Positions 19,421 to 29,296 of a stretch of 64,000 nucleotides of DNA are shown here, piece by piece. Within the stretch, counting starts at the first letter, position 1; every line of letters begins with the position of its first letter. The translations under genes and the position numbers were made by a program. The stretch covers positions 4,750 through 68,749 of the forward strand of contig JAFQHO010000047.1 in NCBI GenBank assembly GCA_017397925.1, written 5' to 3'. The DNA comes from Ruminococcus sp. (GTDB taxonomy: Bacteria; Bacillota; Clostridia; Oscillospirales; Ruminococcaceae). The notes under the pieces were generated by a model that was not told the origin of the DNA, searched no databases, and was given only the letters and a program-made list of their open reading frames with translations.

Positions 19421-20377
19421 GTGTTAACTATGGCTTTAAATGTTTTTTACAGTATGGTCAGAGAAGCGGCAGAGCAGCTTATTCGCAGAGAACCTAAATT
19501 AGCCTTTTCGGCTAATGCCAGGATATGTGCTATTCTTGCGAAGAATTATGATATAATCTCAGGTGTGTCATCTATCTATATGATTAATCAAACCGCAGGT
19601 ATTATTCCAGCTGAGTATATGGCCGTTGTTGCAATGAACAATGCAGATATGACAAGGGCATTACAGATGATTACATTATCTCTTGTGGATTTCAGTGTTG
19701 TAGTACCAAATCCATCTGAACTAATGATTGTACAGGCTATGGATCCTGCTAATACAAAATGTAATGTCTATATCTCCCCTTCTGATTATGTTCCTATAAC
19801 ATCTCTTTTAGAGAATGAAACTCAAACAGAAGAAATTTCAAATGAAGCTGACCAGACAACAAATGCTTCTGTTAATGATTTCAGTGTACCAGATATTACT
19901 GAAACACCGGCGTCTGTTGTAAAATCTTCACCTGAAACTAAACCTTCTTCTAACACTGCAATGTCAGGATTTTTCAATGGCTTCGGTGATAATGAATCAG
20001 ATAGTACAAATGTTCCTGATAGCACAGAACTTGAAAAAATGGGTTTTATTTCAAATATTGCACCAACACAGTATCAATCTGATTATAAAACAAATTTTTC
20101 TGCTTCTGCTGCACAGGAAGAATACTCCACTGCAGTAAATATAGATGAGAATAACCCTTTCCTCGACAATTCTGTAAAAGCAGCAGAAAACAAAGATGTT
20201 GTTTATTTTGCTGAGATGCCAAGTGACCAGGAAATAAATGCTTCTTCTGAGGAAAGTATTCCGAATATTAATGGAAATACACCTCCTACTGAGATTATGT
20301 CAAAGGATGACCTTGTGAAACAAGCAAAGCAAAAGAAAAAGGTCGCAAGAGCTAATTTTAATATTCGAAGAAAATAA
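19421..20377 (+). CDS. Hypothetical protein; N-terminal domain resembles an inactive cytidine-deaminase fold; acidic low-complexity C-terminus
   Basis: Pattern AILAKN..IISG...PAEYMAVVAM...VVPNPSE mirrors the CDA pattern but lacks the Zn ligands. Confidence 0.5.
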   Translation: MLTMALNVFYSMVREAAEQLIRREPKLAFSANARICAILAKNYDIISGVSSIYMINQTAGIIPAEYMAVVAMNNADMTRALQMITLSLVDFSVVVPNPSELMIVQAMDPANTKCNVYISPSDYVPITSLLENETQTEEISNEADQTTNASVNDFSVPDITETPASVVKSSPETKPSSNTAMSGFFNGFGDNESDSTNVPDSTELEKMGFISNIAPTQYQSDYKTNFSASAAQEEYSTAVNIDENNPFLDNSVKAAENKDVVYFAEMPSDQEINASSEESIPNINGNTPPTEIMSKDDLVKQAKQKKKVARANFNIRRK

Positions 20378-20434
20378 ATAGGTTTATTGCCATAGACTTA
20401 TAGTTATATTTCAATAAAAGGAAGGAAGAAATTT

Positions 20435-20956
20435 ATGGCACAATATCTTTTAAGCTTCGATGAAGCTATTGATAGAAAATTCATTGTTACCAAAAATTTA
20501 AATGGACAGGCAAAGCCAGGTACAATGATTCACGTTCTTGATTGTGTACCTAAGGGAAATGGGGCTCATACTGTTTGGTACAGAGTAAACGAAACAGGAC
20601 AGGATTTTAGTCACGGTTTCAGTTCCATTAAAGACTTTTGTAGTTGGGCAAGAACTGATAAAATCCTTATTCGCCACTACGAAAGCCTTTCCCGCCGTGA
20701 CGTTATGCAATATCTGAAAATCACTAATGGTGGTTTCACTAAGCTATATCTGCCTGTTATCATCGTGCTTCTTATCCTTGTTTGGATTGCACTTATTTCT
20801 GTTGTAGGCGGTGTTACCGGTGCGGTTATTGCTTCAGTACTTTCTCTTGTTATTTTCGTTGGTGCTCTTTTCGTATACAAAGCACAACGTAAAAAAGCCA
20901 TTCTAAGTATTTATAGTAAAGTAAGTAAGAATAACTGGGGAGTTATTATCAAGTAA
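20435..20956 (+). CDS. Hypothetical membrane protein
   Basis: RBS GGAAGG; two C-terminal TMs. Confidence 0.7.
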   Translation: MAQYLLSFDEAIDRKFIVTKNLNGQAKPGTMIHVLDCVPKGNGAHTVWYRVNETGQDFSHGFSSIKDFCSWARTDKILIRHYESLSRRDVMQYLKITNGGFTKLYLPVIIVLLILVWIALISVVGGVTGAVIASVLSLVIFVGALFVYKAQRKKAILSIYSKVSKNNWGVIIK

Positions 20957-21114
20957 TTTACGATTTATGCCAGCAAAATGGACAATACCCCATATAATCC
21001 TTATGGATATTTGAGGTATTGCCCTGCTGTATAAATTTAATATTTTAAATATATATTTTACGCTTGACTTTTTTAATATTTTATAGTATAATATTATAGT
21101 ACCTTTTAATAAAT

Positions 21115-21188
21115 CGAGGTGTGGCTCAGTTTGGTAGAGTACTACGTTCGGGACGTAGGGGACGCAGGTTCAAATCCTGTCACCTCGA
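21115..21188 (+). tRNA. tRNA-Pro (CGG)
   Basis: CGAGGTG/CACCTCG acceptor stem; CTACG-TTCGGGA-CGTAG anticodon arm; GGTTCAAATCC. Promoter TTGACT-17-TATAAT at 21064-21092; terminator at 21194-21224. Confidence 0.95.
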
Positions 21189-21233
21189 CTTTTAGCTGAT
21201 GTTGTTTTTACATCAGCTTTTTTTATTAATGAA

Positions 21234-21263
21234 AAAGCCTGTATCAAAAACGATACAGGCTTT
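21234..21263 (-). terminator. Terminator closing the dockerin/radical SAM operon
   Basis: AAAGCCTGTATC/GATACAGGCTTT, 6 nt after the rSAM stop, with a U-tract on the minus strand. Confidence 0.7.
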
Positions 21264-21269
21264 CTTAAT

Positions 21270-22343
21270 TCAGAATAAAATATCTTTAAAGCAAAGTTGT
21301 GGCTCACCCTTGTCAAAATCCCAACTGTGATAAGAATCACCATGACAACGGCATTTTTCAGAGCAATTACGGCACTTTTCATTTTCATCGCCAAGGTCTT
21401 TACGGAAGATATCAAAATTATTCTCCCATACATCCTTGAAACGGTCTTTAAGAATATTACCTCTGATAAACTCTGGTCGACGCTCAATATCAAGACACGC
21501 TGTAATATCTCCGTTCGCCATAATACTTGCAATATATGTACCAGCAACACAGAGATAATACCAATCACGCACCTCACGCTCATATTCTAAACCGAGGTAA
21601 TGGCTGCAACCATATGTAACAGGCTCCCCTGCTATTCGCTTATTTCTGATATATTCAAACATATAGCGATAATCATCAGGAGTTAGAAGAAGTTCAGGAT
21701 ACTGCTTCGCTCTGCCCATTGGCTCCATATTAATGATACGCCAAGAATCGATATCCATATCATTGAAAATCTTATAAAGTTCATTAAGCTGACCGATATT
21801 TTCATGTGTAACAACAGTTGTTACCTGTATAGCTTTAAATCCACCAACTTCAATAAGATTTTCTATGCCCTCCATAGCCTTTTTATAGCCGCCTGGAGTA
21901 CGTCTGAATGCGTCGTGGGTTGCTTCAAGTCCATCTATACTTACAGAAATTGTATCCATTCCTACACGCTTTAAATCCTTAGCAACCTGCTTATCAATAA
22001 GTGTAGCATTACTTGTCATACCCCAATTGAAGCCAAGTTCATTGGCTATTGCCATAATGTCAAAGAAATCCTTACGAAGAAGGGGTTCTCCACCTGTGAT
22101 ACAAAGCATTTTATTCTGTGTTCCAAAATCGCCTTTTATCTCTGCAAGGAATTTCGAATACTGCTGAGGTGTAAGCTCATCATAGAATACATCACCACAG
22201 TTACTTCCGCAATGGAGGCACTTTTCGTTACATTTGATTGTAAGCTCGAGGAAAAGATGACGAAGTTCAGGCTTTATCATAAGTCCTGCACGATAAGCCT
22301 CAATTGTTTTCATATGTTCAAGTTTTTTGTTTACATCAAGCAT
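21270..22343 (-). CDS. Radical SAM/SPASM peptide- or protein-modifying enzyme (resembles the rSAM/lipoprotein, splicease-like branch)
   Basis: LELTIKCNEKCLHCGSNC, ITGGEPLLR, WGMTSN, SWRIINMEPMGRA, YGCSHYLG...REVRD, SPASM Cys (CVAG, ITAC, CRNC...C). Confidence 0.85.
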   Translation of the reverse strand: MLDVNKKLEHMKTIEAYRAGLMIKPELRHLFLELTIKCNEKCLHCGSNCGDVFYDELTPQQYSKFLAEIKGDFGTQNKMLCITGGEPLLRKDFFDIMAIANELGFNWGMTSNATLIDKQVAKDLKRVGMDTISVSIDGLEATHDAFRRTPGGYKKAMEGIENLIEVGGFKAIQVTTVVTHENIGQLNELYKIFNDMDIDSWRIINMEPMGRAKQYPELLLTPDDYRYMFEYIRNKRIAGEPVTYGCSHYLGLEYEREVRDWYYLCVAGTYIASIMANGDITACLDIERRPEFIRGNILKDRFKDVWENNFDIFRKDLGDENEKCRNCSEKCRCHGDSYHSWDFDKGEPQLCFKDILF

Positions 22344-22356
22344 TTATATATTCTCC

Positions 22357-23223
22357 TTATTGAAATACACTCGGTGGACCGTATAATGGCGCAAAAGTTA
22401 CTTCTGTGGTGGTGATACTGTCATTCTCCTCTACGGTAGTTGTAAACCAAGAAGGCGGTCCGTATACTCCAGCAAGTTCTGTTCTTGTAGTTGTTGTAAC
22501 ATCTTCTCTTTCGGGGTAACGAATATCATCAATCTTTCCCATAAGATACTTATTTAGAAGCACCAGGTCAGCAACAGAAATCTTCATATCGTTGTTTACA
22601 TCAGCTGCGAAACTATAATTTGTATTGTTTTCAGCAAATCTCTCACGAAGTAGTATCATATCAAATACATCAAGTCTGTTATCAGCATTCACATCACCAT
22701 ATAGCGGTGCAGGGCCGTATACAGGCTGACCATTTGTCTGAAGTTCGGCTATTACATAGTCTGTTGTAGTCGTTGTATCATTAATATCAGGAGCTGTAGT
22801 TGTAGTAAACACAGAAGGAGGACCGTAAAGAGTATTAAAAGCAGTTGTATTTATTACAGTAGTTGTTGTCCAATTTTCAAACTCATCTTCATCAGGGGCC
22901 TTTGTTGTCATATACTCAGGCGGACCATATAATGGTACTGTTGTAGGTCTAGTTACAACACCCTCTTCATCATAATTATTACCGTAATCATAATCTGACG
23001 GTGGCGGGCCATATACAGCAGACATTTTTGAATTCAGTTCCTTGATTGCATCAATTGAGATACCCGATTGACTATCAGCAACGCTTTCCATACCTACTAC
23101 AGAGGTTGTAGTTGATGTAAATGCAGCGCCTGCCTCAACAGGCTCAGCAGCTGCATTTGCAGTACCATACATTGCTGCGGCAAAAATAGCAGCAGTTAAA
23201 GCCGTTTTTTCAGTTTTTTTCAT
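22357..23223 (-). CDS. Secreted dockerin protein with six [VL]YGP[PA] repeats; putative rSAM substrate
   Basis: Signal peptide; dockerin YGDVNADNRLDVFDMILL...ADVNNDMKISVADLVLLNKYL (about aa 175-231); YGP motifs at Y71, 99, 133, 169, 254, 281 separated by Thr-rich spacers. Confidence 0.8.
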   Translation of the reverse strand: MKKTEKTALTAAIFAAAMYGTANAAAEPVEAGAAFTSTTTSVVGMESVADSQSGISIDAIKELNSKMSAVYGPPPSDYDYGNNYDEEGVVTRPTTVPLYGPPEYMTTKAPDEDEFENWTTTTVINTTAFNTLYGPPSVFTTTTAPDINDTTTTTDYVIAELQTNGQPVYGPAPLYGDVNADNRLDVFDMILLRERFAENNTNYSFAADVNNDMKISVADLVLLNKYLMGKIDDIRYPEREDVTTTTRTELAGVYGPPSWFTTTVEENDSITTTEVTFAPLYGPPSVFQ

Positions 23224-23410
23224 AAAAATTCTCCTCTCATAATATTATCAGTTTAAAAGTAAAGCTATACAGGCTATTATAACTTTACCATATGAATATA
23301 ACTATCCATTTATATTATACATCAATAACATATCTATTTCAAGTAATTTAGCAAAATTCAACAAACATTCGTAACGTTGCACAAAATAGCAACTGTAGAT
23401 TTGGCGAATA

Positions 23411-26230
23411 TTACAAATATTTTTTCAAATACTTTCCTGTATATGATTTATCACACTTTGCTACTTCCTCTGGAGTTCCTACAGCAACAATTGTTCCACC
23501 GCCGTCACCACCCTCGGGACCAAGATCGATGATATAATCAGCTGACTTAATAACATTAAGGTTATGTTCGATAACAAGAACAGTGTTCCCCTGGTCTGTA
23601 AGCTGCTGCAATACATCAATAAGCTTGTGTACATCAGCTGTATGAAGTCCTGTTGTAGGCTCATCAAGGATATAAATTGTCTGACCTGTAGCACGCTTTG
23701 AAAGTTCGGTAGAAAGCTTTACACGCTGTGCTTCTCCTCCAGAAAGAGTTGTGGCAGGCTGACCGATTTTGATATATCCAAGTCCGACTTCCTGTAGTGT
23801 TTTGAGTTTACGGGCAATTTTTGGCAGATGCTCAAAAAATTCCACTCCCTCATCAACCGTCATCTCGAGTATATCATATATTGATTTACCCTTGTAGTGT
23901 ACTTCGAGGGTTTCACGATTGTATCTCCTGCCCTTGCAGACCTCGCAGGGAACGTATATATCGGGTAGAAAATGCATTTCTATCTTGATAATACCATCAC
24001 CCTCACAAGCTTCACATCTTCCGCCTTTGACATTAAAACTAAAGCGTCCGCTGTTATATCCTCTTGCTTTCGCGTCAGGAGTCATTGCAAAAAGCTCACG
24101 AATATCATTAAACACACCCGTATAAGTGGCAGGATTTGAACGTGGTGTACGACCTATAGGTGACTGGTCTATACAAATAACCTTATCAAGATTTTCAAGT
24201 CCTATCATCTCTCTGAACTTTCCGCTTACTGTCTTTGCCCTGTTAAGCTTATGAGCAAGATGCTTATGAATTATAGCATTTACAAGAGAAGATTTGCCAC
24301 TGCCAGATACTCCTGTAACGCAAATCAGTTCACCTAATGGAATATCTATATCAATATTTTTCAGATTATTCTCTGTTGCCCCTTTGACTGTAAGATATTT
24401 TCCATTACCCTCACGTCTTTTCTTAGGTACAGGGATTTTTTTCTTACCACTCAAGTATTGTCCTGTAATTGAATTTCTGCATTTCATTAATTTATCTACA
24501 GAACCCGAAAATACAACGTTTCCACCGTTTACTCCTGCTCCAGGACCAATATCTACAATATAATCCGCCGCAAGCATTGTATCATCATCATGTTCAACTA
24601 CAATAAGAGTATTTCCAAGGTCACGAAGTTTTTTCAGCGTTGCAATAAGCTTGTCATTATCACGCTGATGAAGTCCGATACTTGGCTCATCAAGAATATA
24701 AAGCACACCTACAAGGGATGAACCAATCTGTGTTGCAAGTCTGATACGCTGTGACTCTCCTCCGGAAAGTGTTCCTGAGGAACGTGAAAGTGTAAGATAT
24801 CCAAGCCCTACACTACTGAGAAAGTTAAGTCGTTCCTTAATTTCCTTTATTATACGTTCACCAATCAGCTTTTCCTGTTCAGTAAGATTAAGGTTACTGA
24901 AAAAGTCAAGAGAATTTTTTACAGAGAAATCAGTAATATCACTTATATTTCTATCTCCTACTGTAACAGCAAGATATTCGGGGCGAAGTCGTCTGCCGTG
25001 ACATTCGGGGCAATCACACTCTGTCATAGTTTCCTCTATAACCGCTTTGCTGTAATCGCTGTTGGTTTCGCGATATCTTCTTTCAAGATTTGGTATAATT
25101 CCTTCAAAAGGAGTTCTATACTTTCCTCCTCCAAGAGATGCAGGACGACGAAGCTCCAGCTCGGTAGTACCAGTACCATAGAGGAAGATATTAATCTGCT
25201 CTTTTTTAAGCTTTTTTACAGGAACATCAAGAGGAATATCATAATATTTTGAAATGGCTTTATAATACATCATAGCAATTGATGTATCATCAAGACTATT
25301 CCAACCGCTTGCATTTATGGCGCCCTCTACAATAGATAATTCCTTATCAGGAATAATTATATCAGGGTCTATTTGTCTGAATACTCCAAGTCCAGTACAT
25401 TTAGGACAGGCACCCACTGGATTATTAAAGGAAAACATTACAGGCTCTAAATCACCGATACTTATGTTATGTTCAGGACAGGCAAAATTACGTGAAAACA
25501 GCATTTCCTCTCCGTCTATTACGTCAATAAGAGCAATACCCTCTGTAAGCTTGAATATAGTTTCAAGACTATCTGTTACACGTGTCTCTATTCCCTCTTT
25601 GATAATAATTCTGTCGACAACAATTTCAATGTTGTGCTTTTTATTCTTATCTATCTTGATTTCCTCAGAAAGGTCATATATTATACCGTCAATACGAGCA
25701 CGCACAAATCCTGATTTTCTTGCAGCTTCAAGCTCCTTAGCAAATTGTCCCTTGCGATTTCTTGCAATGGGTGCAAGAAGCTGTGCTTTTGTTCCTTGCG
25801 GCAGCTCCATTATTTTATCTACCATCTGGTCAATCGTCTGCTGTGCGATTTCTCTTCCGCAAACCGGACAATGAGGTATACCTATTCTTGCATAAAGCAG
25901 TCGCAGGTAGTCGTATATTTCCGTAACAGTTCCAACTGTTGAACGCGGATTCTTTGATGTTGTTTTCTGGTCTATTGATATTGCCGGAGAAAGTCCTTCT
26001 ATGCTGTCGACATCCGGCTTTTCCATTTGTCCTAAGAACATTCTGGCATAGGATGAGAGGCTCTCCACGTATCTACGCTGACCATCTGCGTAAATCGTAT
26101 CAAAGGCAAGAGAAGATTTTCCCGAACCTGAAAGTCCTGTCATTACGATAAATTTATCTCTTGGCAGTTCAAGGTCAATGTTTTTAAGATTATTTGTCCT
26201 TGCTCCCTTAATTTTTATTTTATCTATCAT
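23411..26230 (-). CDS. uvrA: Excinuclease ABC subunit A
   Basis: Two ABC cassettes ([23 protein letters not shown]), Zn fingers; 939 aa. Confidence 0.97.
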   Translation of the reverse strand: MIDKIKIKGARTNNLKNIDLELPRDKFIVMTGLSGSGKSSLAFDTIYADGQRRYVESLSSYARMFLGQMEKPDVDSIEGLSPAISIDQKTTSKNPRSTVGTVTEIYDYLRLLYARIGIPHCPVCGREIAQQTIDQMVDKIMELPQGTKAQLLAPIARNRKGQFAKELEAARKSGFVRARIDGIIYDLSEEIKIDKNKKHNIEIVVDRIIIKEGIETRVTDSLETIFKLTEGIALIDVIDGEEMLFSRNFACPEHNISIGDLEPVMFSFNNPVGACPKCTGLGVFRQIDPDIIIPDKELSIVEGAINASGWNSLDDTSIAMMYYKAISKYYDIPLDVPVKKLKKEQINIFLYGTGTTELELRRPASLGGGKYRTPFEGIIPNLERRYRETNSDYSKAVIEETMTECDCPECHGRRLRPEYLAVTVGDRNISDITDFSVKNSLDFFSNLNLTEQEKLIGERIIKEIKERLNFLSSVGLGYLTLSRSSGTLSGGESQRIRLATQIGSSLVGVLYILDEPSIGLHQRDNDKLIATLKKLRDLGNTLIVVEHDDDTMLAADYIVDIGPGAGVNGGNVVFSGSVDKLMKCRNSITGQYLSGKKKIPVPKKRREGNGKYLTVKGATENNLKNIDIDIPLGELICVTGVSGSGKSSLVNAIIHKHLAHKLNRAKTVSGKFREMIGLENLDKVICIDQSPIGRTPRSNPATYTGVFNDIRELFAMTPDAKARGYNSGRFSFNVKGGRCEACEGDGIIKIEMHFLPDIYVPCEVCKGRRYNRETLEVHYKGKSIYDILEMTVDEGVEFFEHLPKIARKLKTLQEVGLGYIKIGQPATTLSGGEAQRVKLSTELSKRATGQTIYILDEPTTGLHTADVHKLIDVLQQLTDQGNTVLVIEHNLNVIKSADYIIDLGPEGGDGGGTIVAVGTPEEVAKCDKSYTGKYLKKYL

Positions 26231-26231
26231 A

Positions 26232-28193
26232 CTATTCTCCCTTTAACTCGCGTATCTTATCCCTGAGATATGCAGCGTGTTCAAATTCCAGCATTTTAGC
26301 GGCATTTTTCATCTCTATTGTAAGTCTGTCAATGAGCGCCTGACGTTCAGCCGCTGACATCTTCTTTTTCTTTGTCTTGGCTTCTATCTTATTTTTAGAG
26401 CTGATTTCTATAACATCACGTATTTCCTTTATGACAGTTTTAGGAGTAATACCGTGCTTTTCATTAAAGGCAATCTGTAATGAGCGGCGACGTTCTGTTT
26501 CCATAATAGCCCTTTCCATTGAATCTGTTACTTCATCGGCATACATTATAACCTGTCCGTTAGCATTTCTTGCGGCACGACCTATTGTCTGTATAAGCGA
26601 GGTTTCACTTCTTAAAAAGCCCTCTTTATCAGCATCAAGTATCGCTATAAGGCTGACTTCAGGTATATCGAGTCCTTCACGAAGAAGATTTATACCTACA
26701 AGAACATCAAATACACCGCTTCGCAAGTCTTTGATAATCTCCATACGTTCAATTGTGTCAATATCGTGGTGGAGATAGCGTATTTTCATACCAAGCTTTT
26801 CGTAATAGGAAGTTAAATCCTCAGCCATTTTCTTTGTGAGAGTTGTTACAAGCACCCTCTCCCCTTTTTCAATACGCTGGTTAATCTCTGAATACAGGTC
26901 GTCAATCTGTCCTTGTGTGGGCTTTACGATAATTTCAGGGTCAACCAGTCCAGTAGGACGTATAAGCTGTTCAACTATAATATCCGTCTTTTCACGTTCT
27001 ATCTGCCCCGGAGTTGCACTGACATATATAGCCTGATTTATATGTGAATTAAACTCATCAAAATTAAGAGGTCTGTTATCATAAGCACTTGGGAGTCGGA
27101 AGCCGTAATCAATAAGCGTCGTTTTTCTTGCCCTGTCACCTGCATACATACCTCTTACCTGTGGCAAAGTGACGTGACTTTCGTCAACAATAAGCAGAAA
27201 ATCCGAGGGAAAGTGATCAAGTAGTGTAAGTGGACTACTTCCGGGTGGTCTGCCTGCCAATACTCTTGAATAGTTCTCTACTCCGCTACAATAGCCAACT
27301 TCACGCAACATTTCCATATCATAGTGTGTGCGCTGTTCAATGCGCTGTGCTTCTATGAGCTTATTATTCTGTTGAAAGTATTCGATACGCTCCGCAAGCT
27401 CCTTATCAAGCTCAACAAGAGCAGATTCAAGCTTATCTTCTCCAAAAATATAGTGAGAAGCAGGGAATATGGCAGCATGAGAGACTATAGCCTTAATCTC
27501 TCCTGTAAGTACATTTATTTCACAGATACGGTCAATTTCATCACCAAAAAACTCAACTCTCACTGCTGTATCGGTTGACATTGCAGGAAAAATTTCCACA
27601 ACATCTCCTCGTACTCTGAAACGATTACGCTCAAATGCAATATCATTTCGTTCATAACGAATTCTAACAAGCTCTGCAATAAGCTGTTCACGGGATTTTT
27701 CCATACCATGACGAACTGAAACCACCATAGAGCGATATTCTTCTGGACTTCCCAACGAATAAATACAAGATACACTTGAAACTATAATTACATCACGACG
27801 TTCAGCCAGCGCTGTAGTGGCCGAGTGACGCAGTTTATCTATTTCATCATTTACAGCTGAAACTTTCTCAATATAGCTGTCAGTGCTTGCAACATATGCC
27901 TCAGGCTGATAGTAATCATAATAGGAAACAAAGTATTCAACGGCATTTTCTGGAAAAAACTCCTTAAACTCAGAGCAGAGCTGTGCAGCAAGAATCTTAT
28001 TATGGGCAAGTACAAGGGTAGGCTTGTTAACTCGGGCTATTACGTTTGCCATTGTAAATGTTTTACCCGAACCTGTTACACCAAGAAGTATCTGCTCCTT
28101 CTTCTTTTCATTAAGTCCTTTTACAAGGGCTTCTATAGCCTCAGGCTGGTCCCCTGCAGGAGCATAGTTTGAATGAAGTACGAATTGTTCCAT
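26232..28193 (-). CDS. uvrB: Excinuclease ABC subunit B
   Basis: [35 protein letters not shown]; start at ATG 28193. Confidence 0.97.
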   Translation of the reverse strand: MEQFVLHSNYAPAGDQPEAIEALVKGLNEKKKEQILLGVTGSGKTFTMANVIARVNKPTLVLAHNKILAAQLCSEFKEFFPENAVEYFVSYYDYYQPEAYVASTDSYIEKVSAVNDEIDKLRHSATTALAERRDVIIVSSVSCIYSLGSPEEYRSMVVSVRHGMEKSREQLIAELVRIRYERNDIAFERNRFRVRGDVVEIFPAMSTDTAVRVEFFGDEIDRICEINVLTGEIKAIVSHAAIFPASHYIFGEDKLESALVELDKELAERIEYFQQNNKLIEAQRIEQRTHYDMEMLREVGYCSGVENYSRVLAGRPPGSSPLTLLDHFPSDFLLIVDESHVTLPQVRGMYAGDRARKTTLIDYGFRLPSAYDNRPLNFDEFNSHINQAIYVSATPGQIEREKTDIIVEQLIRPTGLVDPEIIVKPTQGQIDDLYSEINQRIEKGERVLVTTLTKKMAEDLTSYYEKLGMKIRYLHHDIDTIERMEIIKDLRSGVFDVLVGINLLREGLDIPEVSLIAILDADKEGFLRSETSLIQTIGRAARNANGQVIMYADEVTDSMERAIMETERRRSLQIAFNEKHGITPKTVIKEIRDVIEISSKNKIEAKTKKKKMSAAERQALIDRLTIEMKNAAKMLEFEHAAYLRDKIRELKGE

Positions 28194-28261
28194 AAATGCC
28201 TCCTCAACATCACAAATACCCCTCGGATTTCCCAAGGGGTATGTTACATTTTCACTATTGA

Positions 28262-29278
28262 TTATCTGCCATAACCATCCGGATTATTCTTCTGCCAGTT
28301 CCAAGAATCACGGCACATGTCCTCAAGAGTACGCTCTGTTTTCCAACCAAGTACTTCATAAGCCTTATCAGCATTTGCATAGCATTCAGCCAAATCGCCT
28401 TCACGTCTTGCGCCGTATACGTGATTAACCTTAATACCATTAACCCTTTCAAATGTCTCAACTATTTCAGTAACACTATAGGGTACACCTGTTCCAAGGT
28501 TGAAAATTTCAACGCAGTTATTATTTGTAATATAATCCACGGCTTTTACATGACCTATTGCAAGGTCAGTAACATGAATATAATCTCTTGTACAAGTGCC
28601 GTCAACAGTAGGATAATCATTGCCAAAGATAGTAAGGCACTCGCGTTTTCCAATTGCAACCTGTGATACGTAAGGCATTAGATTATTTGGAATACCATTA
28701 GGATCCTCGCCGATCATTCCGCTTTCATGTGCGCCGATAGGATTGAAATATCTCAGAAGAATAACAGACAGTTCGGAATCAGCCTTGGCTGCATCCTCGA
28801 AAATCTGCTCCATCATAGCCTTTGTCCAGCCATATGGATTGGTACATACTCCCCTTTTCATTGTCTCAAAATATGGAACAGGATTTTCTTCACCATAAAC
28901 AGTTGCACTTGATGAGAAAATAATGTTCTTGACATTGAATTTCTTCATTGTTTCAAGGAGAGAAAGGGTTGTATCTATATTGTTTCTATAATACATTACA
29001 GGCTCACGAACTGATTCTCCAACAGCTTTCAAACCAGCAAAATGAATTACAACGTCTATTTTGTTATCTTCAAAAACTTTTTCAAGCAGATCAGCATTTT
29101 TTATATCAAGTTCATAAACCTTAACTGACTTACCTGTTATTCTCTCAACTCTCTTAATCGACTCAGATGAACTGTTGCTGTAATTATCGACTACCACAAC
29201 ATCATACCCCGCATTAAGAAGCTCCACCGCTGTATGAGAACCGATATAGCCTGCACCACCTGCAAGTAATACTGTCAT
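28262..29278 (-). CDS. galE: UDP-glucose 4-epimerase
   Basis: [45 protein letters not shown]. Confidence 0.95.
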   Translation of the reverse strand: MTVLLAGGAGYIGSHTAVELLNAGYDVVVVDNYSNSSSESIKRVERITGKSVKVYELDIKNADLLEKVFEDNKIDVVIHFAGLKAVGESVREPVMYYRNNIDTTLSLLETMKKFNVKNIIFSSSATVYGEENPVPYFETMKRGVCTNPYGWTKAMMEQIFEDAAKADSELSVILLRYFNPIGAHESGMIGEDPNGIPNNLMPYVSQVAIGKRECLTIFGNDYPTVDGTCTRDYIHVTDLAIGHVKAVDYITNNNCVEIFNLGTGVPYSVTEIVETFERVNGIKVNHVYGARREGDLAECYANADKAYEVLGWKTERTLEDMCRDSWNWQKNNPDGYGR

Positions 29279-29296
29279 ATTAACACCTCAAAATAA

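Noticed and set aside
20969-21030. Multi-stem structure after the 20435-20956 gene as a possible ncRNA
   Set aside because: Position and size fit a terminator-like hairpin; no promoter or conserved motif supports a separate RNA.
21270-22343. Annotation as heme d1/AhbD or PQQ biosynthesis rSAM
   Set aside because: No cofactor pathway genes nearby; the only operon partner is a repeat-bearing secreted protein. A phylogeny is still needed to exclude this formally.
22357-23223. Regularly spaced DNA repeats suggesting a CRISPR or VNTR array
   Set aside because: The repeats are conserved at protein level (YGPP) with synonymous variation; no identical DNA repeats and no cas genes. No CRISPR array was seen anywhere in the window.
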